Assembly: GCA_041737965.1 (NCBI GenBank)
Contig: JBGSQT010000021.1
Location: forward strand, 2,959 to 66,958
DNA length: 64,000 nt
DNA from: Spirochaetota bacterium
GTDB lineage: Bacteria; Spirochaetota; UBA4802; UBA5550
Reading direction: 5' to 3'
Both the position numbers and the translations under genes were made by a program. The notes below the pieces were generated by a model, which saw only the letters and a list, made by a program, of their open reading frames with translations, did not search any database and had not been told where the DNA came from. Shown here piece by piece: positions 9,648 through 19,424 of this stretch (its first letter is position 1; the number at the start of each line of letters is the position of its first letter).

Positions 9648-11083
9648 GGCGACGTTGTACCCGCCCGCGCCGGGACGACCATTCCCGGATACACCGTGTG
9701 TACGCCCTCGGCCACCACAGTGTCGTTTTCCTCTATTCCCCGGAGCACCTCGATCTCGCTTCCGAATTCCGTGCCAAGCGAGACCCTCTGGCGGAAGGCG
9801 ATCCCCTTTTTCACCAGATACAGCTCCCCCTCGGTGCCGATCACCGAGATGAGCGACGACCGCGGCACCATGAGCCGCTTCTCCGGGCTCCCCACGCGTA
9901 TCTTCGCGCGCGCGAACATGCCGGGGACAAGGGCCATGCCGGGATTGGCCGTCTCCGCCTTCACTTCCACGGTCCTGGTTTTCACGTCCAGGACGGGGGA
10001 GATGCGGGCGATGCGGGCCTCAAAAGCCCTGTCTCCCAGTGCGTCGACGGTGAAATCGACCTTCTGCCCCTGTTTCAGCTTCTTTAAATCCTTTTCGTTT
10101 ACGTTGACCGCGACATAGACCCTGTCGATGTTCATCACCACCGCGATCACCGAGTCGCTCCTGATCATCTCACCCGCCTCCATGTTCTTGGACGCCACGA
10201 TGCCGTTGATGGGAGAACGGATCACGGTTTCCCGGAGCATGAGCCCGGTTGCCTTCACGTTGTTTTCCGCCAGGCGTATCCTGGATTGCGCCGACTCGAG
10301 CTCGGCGTACTCGATCCTCGTGTTGATTTTTTTCAGGAGCTCGATCTTGTCCCTTTCGCCCTGGGGGAGCGCGTACCCGGCCGAGACGATATCCTCGTCG
10401 CGAAACCCGACGAGCTGTATCTCAAGGTCGGCCCCGGTGTTGAGAAGCGAGGTGTGCACCGTGGTGTGCTGGGCCTTCATGGTCCTCAGCTCGCTTTCGC
10501 TCACTCCCCCGGCCTCGAAGAGCTTCTGCCTGTTTTTCAGCACGCGGTCCATGTTCTCGAAGGACACCTTCTTGTCGTTGAGATCGGCCCTGGCCTTCTG
10601 GATCATCTTGAATTTCACCTCAACGGCCTTGAGCGCGTTCTCGTATTTCGCCCTGGCGAGGTCAAAGGCCTTCCGGGCGATGTCCAGCTCCGCCTCCTGC
10701 TGTTTCAGCTGGATCTCCAGCGGCAGGCGCTCGATCTCGGCGATAAGCGAACCTGCGGCGACCCTGTCCCCCGCGTTGACACGGATTCCGGCGATCCGCC
10801 CCTCCACCTTTGAGGCGACCGCCACCTTTTCCCTGAAAATGATCTGGCCGAGCATCTCCAGCTCCTCTGCCGCCTCTTTCCGTTCGGCCCTGCATGTTTC
10901 CACGTCCCCCGCGCTTATGACGCCCGCGTCCTTCCGGTCCGCCTCGCCGCTCCGTAACGACACCGCGCAGCGCACGACCGCCACCAGCAGCACCAGCGCG
11001 ATCGCCGCGATGCCAGGTTTGGGGAGGCTCCATATTCTCTTCACTTTCTTCGTTACGCCTTCATTCATTTTCATACCGTACAC
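9644..11083 (-). CDS. RND-type periplasmic adaptor (membrane fusion protein, HlyD family)
   Basis: 479-aa ORF. N-terminal TM (IAAIALVLLVAVV), lipoyl-like segment (GRIAGIRVNAGDRVAAGSLIAEIE), long coiled-coil hairpin, and C-terminal beta-barrel/MP-type segment (GMFARAKIRVGSPEKRLMVPRSSL). Start among M1/M4/M6 unresolved. Overlaps the TolC-like gene end. Confidence 0.88.
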   Translation of the reverse strand: MYGMKMNEGVTKKVKRIWSLPKPGIAAIALVLLVAVVRCAVSLRSGEADRKDAGVISAGDVETCRAERKEAAEELEMLGQIIFREKVAVASKVEGRIAGIRVNAGDRVAAGSLIAEIERLPLEIQLKQQEAELDIARKAFDLARAKYENALKAVEVKFKMIQKARADLNDKKVSFENMDRVLKNRQKLFEAGGVSESELRTMKAQHTTVHTSLLNTGADLEIQLVGFRDEDIVSAGYALPQGERDKIELLKKINTRIEYAELESAQSRIRLAENNVKATGLMLRETVIRSPINGIVASKNMEAGEMIRSDSVIAVVMNIDRVYVAVNVNEKDLKKLKQGQKVDFTVDALGDRAFEARIARISPVLDVKTRTVEVKAETANPGMALVPGMFARAKIRVGSPEKRLMVPRSSLISVIGTEGELYLVKKGIAFRQRVSLGTEFGSEIEVLRGIEENDTVVAEGVHTVYPGMVVPARAGTTSP

Positions 11084-12683
11084 CCGCTTTTATTGTCGAG
11101 AGCCGGAGCTCTCCGATGTCGAGCCCCATGGCGATCTCCAGGCTGGACGCGGTGACCAGGTATTTCACCCGCGCGTCGAGGTGGGCCACCGCCGCCCGGC
11201 CCCGCTCCAGCTCCTTTTTCACCAGCTCGTACCGTATCGTCTCCCCCATGTCCGCCTTCAGACGCTCGATGCCGAGCAGGGCATCGTACACATCCAGCCA
11301 TTTTTTGGAGAGGCGTATCATCTTCCATGAATTGTCAAGGTTCATGAGCCCGGTGAGCACCTCCAGGGAAATCCGCTCCCTTGTGTCCAGGGCCTTCTCT
11401 TTTGCGGTGAGCATGTTGATGCGGCTTTCGATGATGCCGCGCCTGTACGAGAGGCTGTCCATGATGCGCACCGACGCGCTCTTTGACGCGGCCCTGCCAG
11501 CCCCGTTGTCCGTGCTGTCGTAGGACAACCCGGCGTCGCCGCTGGAGCCCCAGAGGGCGGAAGAGACCTTGAACATAATCCCCCAGTTCCTGTCGCGCGG
11601 AAGGATCCTGTCCGCGAGGTTGTCGTCGGAGAGCGAATATTTGAGGCCGACTGAAAATTTCGGAAAGTAGTAGAGCCTGTCCAGCTGATGGGCCCTCCTG
11701 TGTATTGCGTACGACACATCGCCAGACTCGACTTCCTTCCGGTTTTTCAGCGCCAGGGCCACGTATTCGTCCACGTCGATATGCTTACCCCCGGCCGGGG
11801 GAGGATAGAGCGCATAATCCGATTCAACGTCGCCGGTAAGCTCTATGGGCCGTCGCCATTTGATCTTAAGGAACTGCTTGAACCTGTTGAGCGCCGTGGC
11901 GTACTCGTCCAGGGCACGCTCCATGTCGAGCCGCGTTTCCATAACCTTGGTTTCGATCTCCAGCACGTTCAGCGGCGTCGCTTCCCCCAGATCCCGCTCC
12001 ATCCTGATGAAGGCGAGCTGGCGCATGCCGTTCTCCAGCGTCTTTTTGTGTATGGCCGCGGTCCCCTTGAGCTGGAGCGTTTCGAGATACGCCGCCTGGA
12101 CCTGCATGATGAGCCGGTTCAGCGCGATGCGGTAGTCGTTCCGGGCAAGGATCGATTCCAGCTTCGCGATATCGTAGGCAAGCCCCCTCTTTCCGCCGTC
12201 GTACACCGTGATGTTGGACTCGAAGGAAAGGGTGTGCCGCCGCGAGTCGGTGTCGTGTCTGCCTGTCTGTTCGCTCTTCAGGTAGGACACCGAAAGTGAG
12301 GGGAAATAATCGCGCCATTTTTCCAGTATGCCGCAACTGTAGATTTCCTTCTTCGCGCCGATTGCCCGGAGCTCGAAATTGTTGGTGATGGCGATGCCCA
12401 GGGAGTCCTCCAGCGTGAGCGTCAGCGGCTCCGCATCCCCGCCGGAGATGGAGAGCCCGCTTCCGCCGCTATCCTTATCGTCACCGACACTCTCCCTGCT
12501 GTCATTCCCGCTGACGCGGGAATCCGCCGTTTCAACGGGGTCTTCGAATTCCGAAACGGTACCCGGAGAAATGACCGAATCGTCCGCGCCTTTTCCCGCC
12601 GATTCCTGCGCGGCAACGCCCCCCGCCAGCAGTCCGGGAACGATCAGCGCCGCGGCGCATAATGTCGCAATAAATCGAACCAT
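11061..12683 (-). CDS. TolC-family outer-membrane efflux protein
   Basis: 540-aa ORF. Signal peptide MVRFIATLCAAALIVPGLLAGGVAAQ. Two OEP-type helical repeats (LEDSLGIAITNNFELRA.., ..YVALALKNRKEVESGD..). Position immediately upstream of MFP + RND genes. Confidence 0.85.
   Translation of the reverse strand: MVRFIATLCAAALIVPGLLAGGVAAQESAGKGADDSVISPGTVSEFEDPVETADSRVSGNDSRESVGDDKDSGGSGLSISGGDAEPLTLTLEDSLGIAITNNFELRAIGAKKEIYSCGILEKWRDYFPSLSVSYLKSEQTGRHDTDSRRHTLSFESNITVYDGGKRGLAYDIAKLESILARNDYRIALNRLIMQVQAAYLETLQLKGTAAIHKKTLENGMRQLAFIRMERDLGEATPLNVLEIETKVMETRLDMERALDEYATALNRFKQFLKIKWRRPIELTGDVESDYALYPPPAGGKHIDVDEYVALALKNRKEVESGDVSYAIHRRAHQLDRLYYFPKFSVGLKYSLSDDNLADRILPRDRNWGIMFKVSSALWGSSGDAGLSYDSTDNGAGRAASKSASVRIMDSLSYRRGIIESRINMLTAKEKALDTRERISLEVLTGLMNLDNSWKMIRLSKKWLDVYDALLGIERLKADMGETIRYELVKKELERGRAAVAHLDARVKYLVTASSLEIAMGLDIGELRLSTIKAGVRYENE
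12501..12525. repeat. solo REP-like palindrome inside TolC-like gene
   Basis: GTCATTCCCGCtgacGCGGGAATCC; translated in frame as ..RVSGNDSRE.. in the post-signal-peptide linker. Confidence 0.85.
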
Positions 12684-12687
12684 GGGT

Positions 12688-13464
12688 TCACTTCGGCAGT
12701 GAATCGATCCTTCCGTGCAGCGCCCGGACGAAACGTTTCGACACCGCCCGCATCACCTCCACGTCCGCGAGCCTGTCGGAACCGGAAAGGTACGCCTCGC
12801 CGATCTTCGCGCCGTCCCGGTCATGAACGCTGAAGGTGACCAGGGTGTGCACGTCGATGTCGGTGAACTCGCCGGTTTCCTGTTCCGACACCGCCCCCTG
12901 GATGAAAAGGTCGGCGCCTCGGGCTCTGCAGGCCTCGCGGACCCTTTCAGGACCGAGTATGGCCGGCCCGCGCTTCGCGTCGGCGCCCGTGTCCCGGTAC
13001 TGGTCGACCGTGTAGCCGAGCCGGAAGAGCTCGTACCCGACGGCGTCCCTGAAGTTCTGCACCAGATAGGGGTTGAAAGACACCTGCCGCCGGTCGAAGT
13101 TGCCGATGACGATTTTTGACGGGCGCGCCGCCATGTTCATGTCCCGTGCCGTGAAATCGAAATGAGCGCAGGACAGGATGCCCGCAAGCAGAAGCGATAC
13201 CGCAATTAAAAGCGCACCGGGAATCCGTATCTTCAGTTTCCACAGGTTCGGGCCGATCTGCTCGATCGCATCACCGTCGGCGTCATTGCTCCCTTTATTC
13301 CGGTGAGCGCGGCTGTTCTCACGTTCCTGTGAGACTCCGGTGTCACCGGTGATGCCGCGTACCCGGATTCTCTCAAAAACCCGTTCAACTCCCCCGCTGC
13401 TGGTATCCGATTCCTTTTTTTTGATCTTTTTCCTTCTTAACGTCTTTTTTTGCCCTTTCATCAT
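12688..13464 (-). CDS. membrane-anchored/lipobox protein with LpoB/CsgG-like (TolB-N-like) periplasmic domain (tentative)
   Basis: 258-aa ORF. Very basic ~85-aa N-terminus, then IPGALLIAVSLLLAGILSC (lipobox-like), then KIVIGNFDRRQVSFNPYLVQNFRDAVGYELFRLGYTV, a pattern reminiscent of small envelope lipoprotein domains. 4-nt overlap with the upstream TPR gene. Domain assignment is from memory only. Confidence 0.55.
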   Translation of the reverse strand: MMKGQKKTLRRKKIKKKESDTSSGGVERVFERIRVRGITGDTGVSQERENSRAHRNKGSNDADGDAIEQIGPNLWKLKIRIPGALLIAVSLLLAGILSCAHFDFTARDMNMAARPSKIVIGNFDRRQVSFNPYLVQNFRDAVGYELFRLGYTVDQYRDTGADAKRGPAILGPERVREACRARGADLFIQGAVSEQETGEFTDIDVHTLVTFSVHDRDGAKIGEAYLSGSDRLADVEVMRAVSKRFVRALHGRIDSLPK

Positions 13465-14081
13465 TCAATCTCCTTTTTTATAGTTTCCAGGTTTTTCACC
13501 GAATGCCCGGCGGCCCGCGCCATGCCGGCCGCAGCGGCGATTTCCTCTCCGGACTTGTCCTTTAATCCCATGCGGAGGTAGAGGACGCTCAGGTTGGCCC
13601 GGGCGTTCAGGAAAACCTCTTCCTCCATCGCGATGCTTTGATACTGGCGGAGCGCGTCGGCATATTTCCCGTTTTTTTCGTACAGAAGAGCCAGAAGCTG
13701 GCGGGCCGGGAGGTGATGGGTGTTCTGCTCCACGACTTTCAGAAGGCATGCCACCGCCTCGCCGTCCTTCGCCGACGACACCGCCAGGGTCCTCCCCTTC
13801 CAGTAGAGCGCGCCGATGTGGTCCGGGTTGCGGTCCAGAATTTCATCCAGGCGCTCCAGGGCGCAGTGGAAATTTTTTTCGAAATAGCAGATTTTCGAGA
13901 GCATCAGGTACGCGTTCAGCAATGAACCGTCGCCGTCAAGGGCCCTCTGAAATAACTCCTTTGCCCGCCTGAATTCTTTTTTCTGAAACGCCCTGGCGCC
14001 TTTCCGGTAGAGTTCAAGCGGGCTTTCGCCGCCGCCGCAGGAAAGGCACAGGATGACCAATACCGCAGGGAGAAATCTCAT
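13461..14081 (-). CDS. TPR-repeat lipoprotein
   Basis: 206-aa ORF. MRFLPAVLVILCLSCGG lipoprotein signal. Several 34-aa TPR-like repeats (..YRKGARAFQKKEFRRAKELFQRAL.., ..ALYWKGRTLAV.., ..ARQLLALLYEKNGKYADALRQY..). First gene of the minus-strand operon. Confidence 0.8.
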   Translation of the reverse strand: MRFLPAVLVILCLSCGGGESPLELYRKGARAFQKKEFRRAKELFQRALDGDGSLLNAYLMLSKICYFEKNFHCALERLDEILDRNPDHIGALYWKGRTLAVSSAKDGEAVACLLKVVEQNTHHLPARQLLALLYEKNGKYADALRQYQSIAMEEEVFLNARANLSVLYLRMGLKDKSGEEIAAAAGMARAAGHSVKNLETIKKEIE

Positions 14082-14596
14082 AATGTCACCTTTTCATCGA
14101 ATGGCTGTGTGATACCCGATAAACGACGGGGAGGGGGAAAAGATAAAAAAATTTTTCAGAGAAGGCGGGAAAGAACGCGTTTGCGGAGGGGAGTGAGAGT
14201 AGAAGATGCGTGCTTGAATCGTATCGGGACTCTCTGTCCGAATGAAGAAAAGCCGTTGGATAAAGCGGGACAAATCCGGCATAACCCCGCCTCCTTGTTG
14301 AAGTACATGAAAGGAATGGAATATTTTTCCGGAAAGAAACGCGCGGGAAGGAATCTAAACGAGGTGATTTTATTTAAGTCTGCTTTTATGAAATACACGA
14401 TATGATTATCTTGGATAAGAATCGGGATTCAATAATTTTTGAATGGAATGGATACAACTTTAATTTTTTTCGAATGAAGGCATTCCTCAGGAACCATGTC
14501 ATATTCATGTAAGGAAAGGCGAAAGTATCGCGAATCCGCCTTCCCCGGGCCTCTCCCGGTCGATCAATTTCGACGATCCCTCCTTCACGAGCCGTC

Positions 14597-17500
14597 TCAT
14601 CTCAGGATTGCTGTTTTCCTCGATCCCGCGTTCAGGACGAACTTCCGGTACTGGCCGGGCGATGTTTCCAAATGGTAAACTCCCGGATCGACTGTTATAA
14701 AGCATTTCCCCTCATCGTCGCTCTGGGCGGAATACTTTTCATCATAGGAGACCATCCTGCCCCCCTCCATGGTCGGGTTCCTGTAGAGCACGATGGACCT
14801 TCGGCCGGGGCACTCGACGCGGAGCAGACTGTCGCGCTCCATGTCGAGGGTGAGGATGTTAAGCCCATTTTTAACCGAGATCGTTTTATCCACCAGGCCC
14901 CCTCCGCCGCCGAAGACAAAACGGGTGCTCCCCTCTTCGATATCCCCGGCGAAGCCGACGCCCTTATCGCCCACCTTGATCGGCCTGGTCGTACCCTGGA
15001 TCAGCTTCGCCTGATATCCCTCCTGGAGCTCCCTGCCGCGAAAGAGCCTGAAAATCAGAACGGTGGATTCCGCGGCGAGAGTCTTGGCGATATCGGCGTA
15101 GACCTGGTACTGGTCATCCTTGATTGATTCGCAATCGACCACTTTCAGCGTTCCCTTTTTCTGCGCCATCACCAGCATCCCCCTTGACCCGACCTTGAAG
15201 TACCGCTCCTCCCCGTTGCTGTAGAGTGATAGTTTCCCGTTGGCATCCGGCCGCAGCGCGTCAAGACGGAACGCCAGGGCCCCCCTGTCAATGTAGGGAA
15301 CGGCGCGGTAGAAGTGCCCGTCATGCTTGTCTACCTTGAAGGAGTACAGGGCGTTGTTGCCAAGTTCCACCGACTCTCTTAATACGCCCTGACCCGGATG
15401 CTTAAAGATATGGACCAGGCATATCCCCGGTTCCGAGTAGGTGAGGGTGCAGGTTTTTCCTGCAACTATGTTTTCGGCGAATATAAAGCCCCACATGTCG
15501 GTCTTTGCGTTCCTCGTCGTCTTGCCGTCATGCAGGGAGACCGTCTTGTTCCTCAGCGGAATTCCCTTTTTGTCCTTGATCCGGGCGATCAGACAGGGAT
15601 TTTCCTTCGGATAGATCGCGCTCAAAACGCGGAACCGTTCATCCATGGAGCCGAAGAGTTCGTCGTTGCGGGGCAGGTTGTCAGGAGGGTTCCCGTCCTT
15701 CGCCGATATCAGGACCGCGTCGTCAATCCTGCCGCTCGGGGAGAAGAAGAAGTCACCGGTGTCGCAAAAAACGCGGTACATTCCCGACTCGTCGCTGGCA
15801 ACCTTCTGCGATATCGGCGTTAAGGAAAAATTCTTGAAGGCCGGGACCAGGTGGATGAAGGTAAGCGGCGACTGCCAGGGGAACATTCCACCGCCGCTGA
15901 AGGTTTTCATCGCCCTATTCTTCAGCGCCGCCGTGTCCACCAGGAGACCCGCCGCACCGGGAGTGACGGCGAATTCTTTCGTTACCATCAGCCCCTTTTC
16001 GTAATAAAACAGCCGGTACCGCCGGTTCTCCCGGTATTTCTCCATGAGGAAGAAACCATCACCGTCCATCGGGTTTTTCACCATCGAATTATCCGCTGTG
16101 TCGTATATCCAGAGAGCGCCTCCGGTACGGATTTCCCCTTCATGGCGGATAACCCCTGCCGCGAAGTCGGCGTTTCCCCTTGCCGCTTTCTGCGCCTTTA
16201 TGAAATCATCCAGAGTCAGCCCGGAGCGGTCATATACCCGCTTTGCCGCGGCTCCACCCATCGGAAAGATCGCCAGTCCCTCCCCGTTGGGGTTGTCCGA
16301 CAAAACATACTCGCCTTGGGGAAAGCTCACCTCGATGCGGTTGTCCCGTGCCGGGTATTTCATGGGGGACTTCCCTCCGTAGTACTCATAGAAATCAGCC
16401 TTCGCGATGAATGACGGCTCATTCGAGACGATCTCGGTGAATCGCTCCTTGCCCGGGTCAACGGCAAGCTTTACGATTTCATCGCCGGTAAAGGAAACCG
16501 CCTTCTTGATGTAGAGGTTTCCCGCCGAAAGGAGGAGCCACATGTCGCCCTTCAGGCTCTTCGAACCGAAATAGGCGACTCCCGGGGCTTCGGCCTTTAT
16601 CGACACCGGGGGCTGGTTTTTACCGAAAAGGGTGATGCTGTCGAATGCATCGGCGCAGGGCACGCCCGTCTCATCGTAGAGAGAGCACACCAGGGCCGGC
16701 CCCCTGGTGATGGATTTTTCCGACAGGTACGCTTCTGCCGGGTCACCCGACTGCCGGCCGGGAGGCACGCGGACCGTCTTCGACTTGGCAAAGGATACGG
16801 AATAACTTTTCTCTGCAAAGGAGGCCTCCGCCATTTCCGCGTCGACGATACAATGCACCGCCCCCTTCTGGTCCGTGAAGAGGGGGTATTTGATCCCCTG
16901 CACCGTGAGAAGGACCGGCGCATTTTTCAGGGCGCCCCCCTTTTCGTCACGAAACAATATCCTCTTCACCTTTCCGGCGTCCGTGAAGTCAATGTCGAAA
17001 TGATACTGACTGATCCCCTTGAATCGAAAAGGAATAACAGCGAGACAGGATTTCAATGTAACGGAAAGGACCTCGTCTTGGTCCTTGTCAAAATACCCGG
17101 CGTCGGTGAGTATAAGGGTGAACCGGCGGGCCCTGTTTGACGTGATCGCACGGATCATGGAACCGCCCACATCAATTTTCATGCCGTCAAGGTCTCGATG
17201 CCCTCCGCCGAAGAAGTTCGATGAAGGGATGTGCTTGAAAGAAACAACTGCATCATCCAGTTCAAAAGTTCCGCTGCTGTTCCTGATCTTAAAGATAAAG
17301 GCGGGATGTGCCTGCTTTCCCTCGAAGACCGCCCGGTACACCGGCCAGGCCTTGGGCTCTTCCTGGAAATCAACGATATACATATCATCTACCCTGGCCA
17401 CTTCCGATTTGAATTCGTTATTCATGATATGATAGGGATCGGCGAAATTGAGGGTCAGCTGGGGGTCTACGCAAAGCCATCCCGCCTTGGGGTGGAAGTA

Positions 17501-18103
17501 CTCGATGAAAGCGTGCCCCCCTCCATTGTTCCCGAATCCCCAGCCGCATTTCGGCGGGACGTAGCAGTGAAGGCTTTTTGCCGGGAGACCCGCGGCGATG
17601 AGAAGCTCGGCGGTGACATTCCCGTAGCCGACGCAGAAAGCCTTCTTCGACTTGATGACCCCGATGGCGTCCATGGGGGCACCCAGCTGATAGGTGACGT
17701 TGTTACGCACCCACCGGGAGATCTTTTCAACCGCGGCGTTTACCGTCGGGGCGTCGCCGATAATGGATGAGGCAAGCTCTTTCAGGTAGGCGCGGTCTTT
17801 TTCATCATGGTAATCGCTCTTAAGATACCTGGCCTCTTCCCCTGTGACCGTCACCGGATAGGGGGCATCATTCCTTATTGTTTTTAAGGTTGCGGTATTC
17901 TTCATGATGACCCCCCGGGGGGTTTTTTTATAGACCATTTCACTGTTGGATGTGTTGGAAAAAGGGACTCCTGTCCCGCCGGTTAGGTAGTAATAATCCC
18001 AGGTGCCCTCAAGATACCAGGTGTAGGAAAACAGGGGAGCCGCGGCGCCGGCGGCGATAACAGCACCAAGGATACAGGACAAGATGATTCCATGGTGTTT
18101 CAT
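14597..18103 (-). CDS. large secreted transglutaminase-like (papain-fold Cys-His-Asp) domain protein
   Basis: ORF track 1188 aa. I prefer the ATG at 18103 (MKHHGIILSCILGAVIAAGAAAP.., GGAGGA RBS 6 nt upstream), giving 1168 aa. Transglutaminase core KKAFCVGYGNVTAELL...GGGHAFIEYFHPKAGWLCVDPQ near the N-terminus. I cannot assign the remaining ~900 aa. Confidence 0.8.
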   Translation of the reverse strand: MKHHGIILSCILGAVIAAGAAAPLFSYTWYLEGTWDYYYLTGGTGVPFSNTSNSEMVYKKTPRGVIMKNTATLKTIRNDAPYPVTVTGEEARYLKSDYHDEKDRAYLKELASSIIGDAPTVNAAVEKISRWVRNNVTYQLGAPMDAIGVIKSKKAFCVGYGNVTAELLIAAGLPAKSLHCYVPPKCGWGFGNNGGGHAFIEYFHPKAGWLCVDPQLTLNFADPYHIMNNEFKSEVARVDDMYIVDFQEEPKAWPVYRAVFEGKQAHPAFIFKIRNSSGTFELDDAVVSFKHIPSSNFFGGGHRDLDGMKIDVGGSMIRAITSNRARRFTLILTDAGYFDKDQDEVLSVTLKSCLAVIPFRFKGISQYHFDIDFTDAGKVKRILFRDEKGGALKNAPVLLTVQGIKYPLFTDQKGAVHCIVDAEMAEASFAEKSYSVSFAKSKTVRVPPGRQSGDPAEAYLSEKSITRGPALVCSLYDETGVPCADAFDSITLFGKNQPPVSIKAEAPGVAYFGSKSLKGDMWLLLSAGNLYIKKAVSFTGDEIVKLAVDPGKERFTEIVSNEPSFIAKADFYEYYGGKSPMKYPARDNRIEVSFPQGEYVLSDNPNGEGLAIFPMGGAAAKRVYDRSGLTLDDFIKAQKAARGNADFAAGVIRHEGEIRTGGALWIYDTADNSMVKNPMDGDGFFLMEKYRENRRYRLFYYEKGLMVTKEFAVTPGAAGLLVDTAALKNRAMKTFSGGGMFPWQSPLTFIHLVPAFKNFSLTPISQKVASDESGMYRVFCDTGDFFFSPSGRIDDAVLISAKDGNPPDNLPRNDELFGSMDERFRVLSAIYPKENPCLIARIKDKKGIPLRNKTVSLHDGKTTRNAKTDMWGFIFAENIVAGKTCTLTYSEPGICLVHIFKHPGQGVLRESVELGNNALYSFKVDKHDGHFYRAVPYIDRGALAFRLDALRPDANGKLSLYSNGEERYFKVGSRGMLVMAQKKGTLKVVDCESIKDDQYQVYADIAKTLAAESTVLIFRLFRGRELQEGYQAKLIQGTTRPIKVGDKGVGFAGDIEEGSTRFVFGGGGGLVDKTISVKNGLNILTLDMERDSLLRVECPGRRSIVLYRNPTMEGGRMVSYDEKYSAQSDDEGKCFITVDPGVYHLETSPGQYRKFVLNAGSRKTAILR

Positions 18104-18422
18104 GGAGCTTCCTCCGAATTGATTTACCCGGAAAATCCGATCATACAGTAACAGCAGTGTCAACAGGATTTGTCATTCCAGGGACATGGCCATTCGTGTG
18201 CCTACTACTGTAGAGACAACGAAAGAATAAATTTTATAAAAAAACAGGCAGGTTAAGGATAAATTTACGGGAATTTCAATAAATTCAACCTGGTAGCTTT
18301 TCAGCAAGCTGAGACATGCTGAGCCGGTTCGGGAACAACCGCTGCTCGGAAATCACGGTGTTCCCCTCTCCTTGTTTTTTCCGGCATATTGCAATTTGCT
18401 TTCCTCTTCTTACCGGAAATTG

Positions 18423-19424
18423 TCATTGACCGGTTTTGGCAATGAGTTTTGGCAGATCCCTTATCGGCAGAGAATCTCTGACAACCTGAGAATAATTGGG
18501 ATGCCCGTTGCTTTTAAAATATTCCGTATCGGCGGTTTCCTTGTCACTCTCATTTTGATTGCCGATCCCATATTCACTGTAGCCGATGGTTATAAACTGA
18601 ATGGCTGAGGGCGGCAGCGTTCTGTCCCAATAATTCTGGTTGAACCGCATGATCTGCAACCCGTCTTTTTTGCCGTTTACATTCAATATTCCGTCCTCAC
18701 TGCCGTAATAAGCCAGTGATTTCAATTCATCACCGCTCATTTTTTCAATAATGGGCTTGATGAAATCATAGAGCATCTTATTGTTTTTGTCCCCTTTATA
18801 AAATTTAAGTTTGGCATCCGCCACTTCTTTCACTGTTACCGGAAGCCAATAGGACGGGCGTGCGGGATTGAAAACCACCAGGCTGCCGCAGGTGCGGGCG
18901 GGACAATCATAATACCGCACACCTGGAGTAATCTCACTGACGAGAGGGAAGACAAGAAACAATTCTTTCAACAGGGAATCTTCGCTCCCATCTTTTAAAT
19001 TGCCGCCATGACCGGTTTCGGTGTTGTTAAAATCAAAGGACCAGAGAGGCGGCTCCACTGTCCATTTTTCCTCTTTCCCATTTTTTTCTTTGAGGAATAA
19101 CTGAAAATCGAACCTTAGTTCACCCCTCAGGCCATAATTACAGGAACGCTTTTGATAGTTATCATCCCAATAACCAAAAAGGGTGGCGGCCAGGTCAAAA
19201 CCCTTATTAGCTTTCATTATGGGTATATTCTGCCGAAAAAAATCCGACACGGTCTTAACATTTTTGCCCAATGAAATTCTTTCCGCATCTTTTAATCCGG
19301 AGTTGTTTTTAAAGGAATACACCCCCTTCTTTTCTGTCAGATACTGTGATTGGGCTGAGAGGGTTGACTGCAAATGGGGCATGCACAGGATTGAAAGTAA
19401 AACAGCCATAATTCGATTTCGCAT
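18423..19424 (-). CDS. secreted hypothetical protein
   Basis: 333-aa ORF. Signal peptide MRNRIMAVLLSILCMPHLQSTLSAQ. Globular composition. Lower GC than neighbours. No motif recognised. Confidence 0.6.
   Translation of the reverse strand: MRNRIMAVLLSILCMPHLQSTLSAQSQYLTEKKGVYSFKNNSGLKDAERISLGKNVKTVSDFFRQNIPIMKANKGFDLAATLFGYWDDNYQKRSCNYGLRGELRFDFQLFLKEKNGKEEKWTVEPPLWSFDFNNTETGHGGNLKDGSEDSLLKELFLVFPLVSEITPGVRYYDCPARTCGSLVVFNPARPSYWLPVTVKEVADAKLKFYKGDKNNKMLYDFIKPIIEKMSGDELKSLAYYGSEDGILNVNGKKDGLQIMRFNQNYWDRTLPPSAIQFITIGYSEYGIGNQNESDKETADTEYFKSNGHPNYSQVVRDSLPIRDLPKLIAKTGQ

Noticed and set aside
10128-11330. 400-aa plus-strand ORF
   Set aside because: Antisense to the well-supported MFP/TolC genes. 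Ser/Ala/Phe/Arg-rich low-complexity product with no motifs. Typical shadow ORF in GC-rich DNA.
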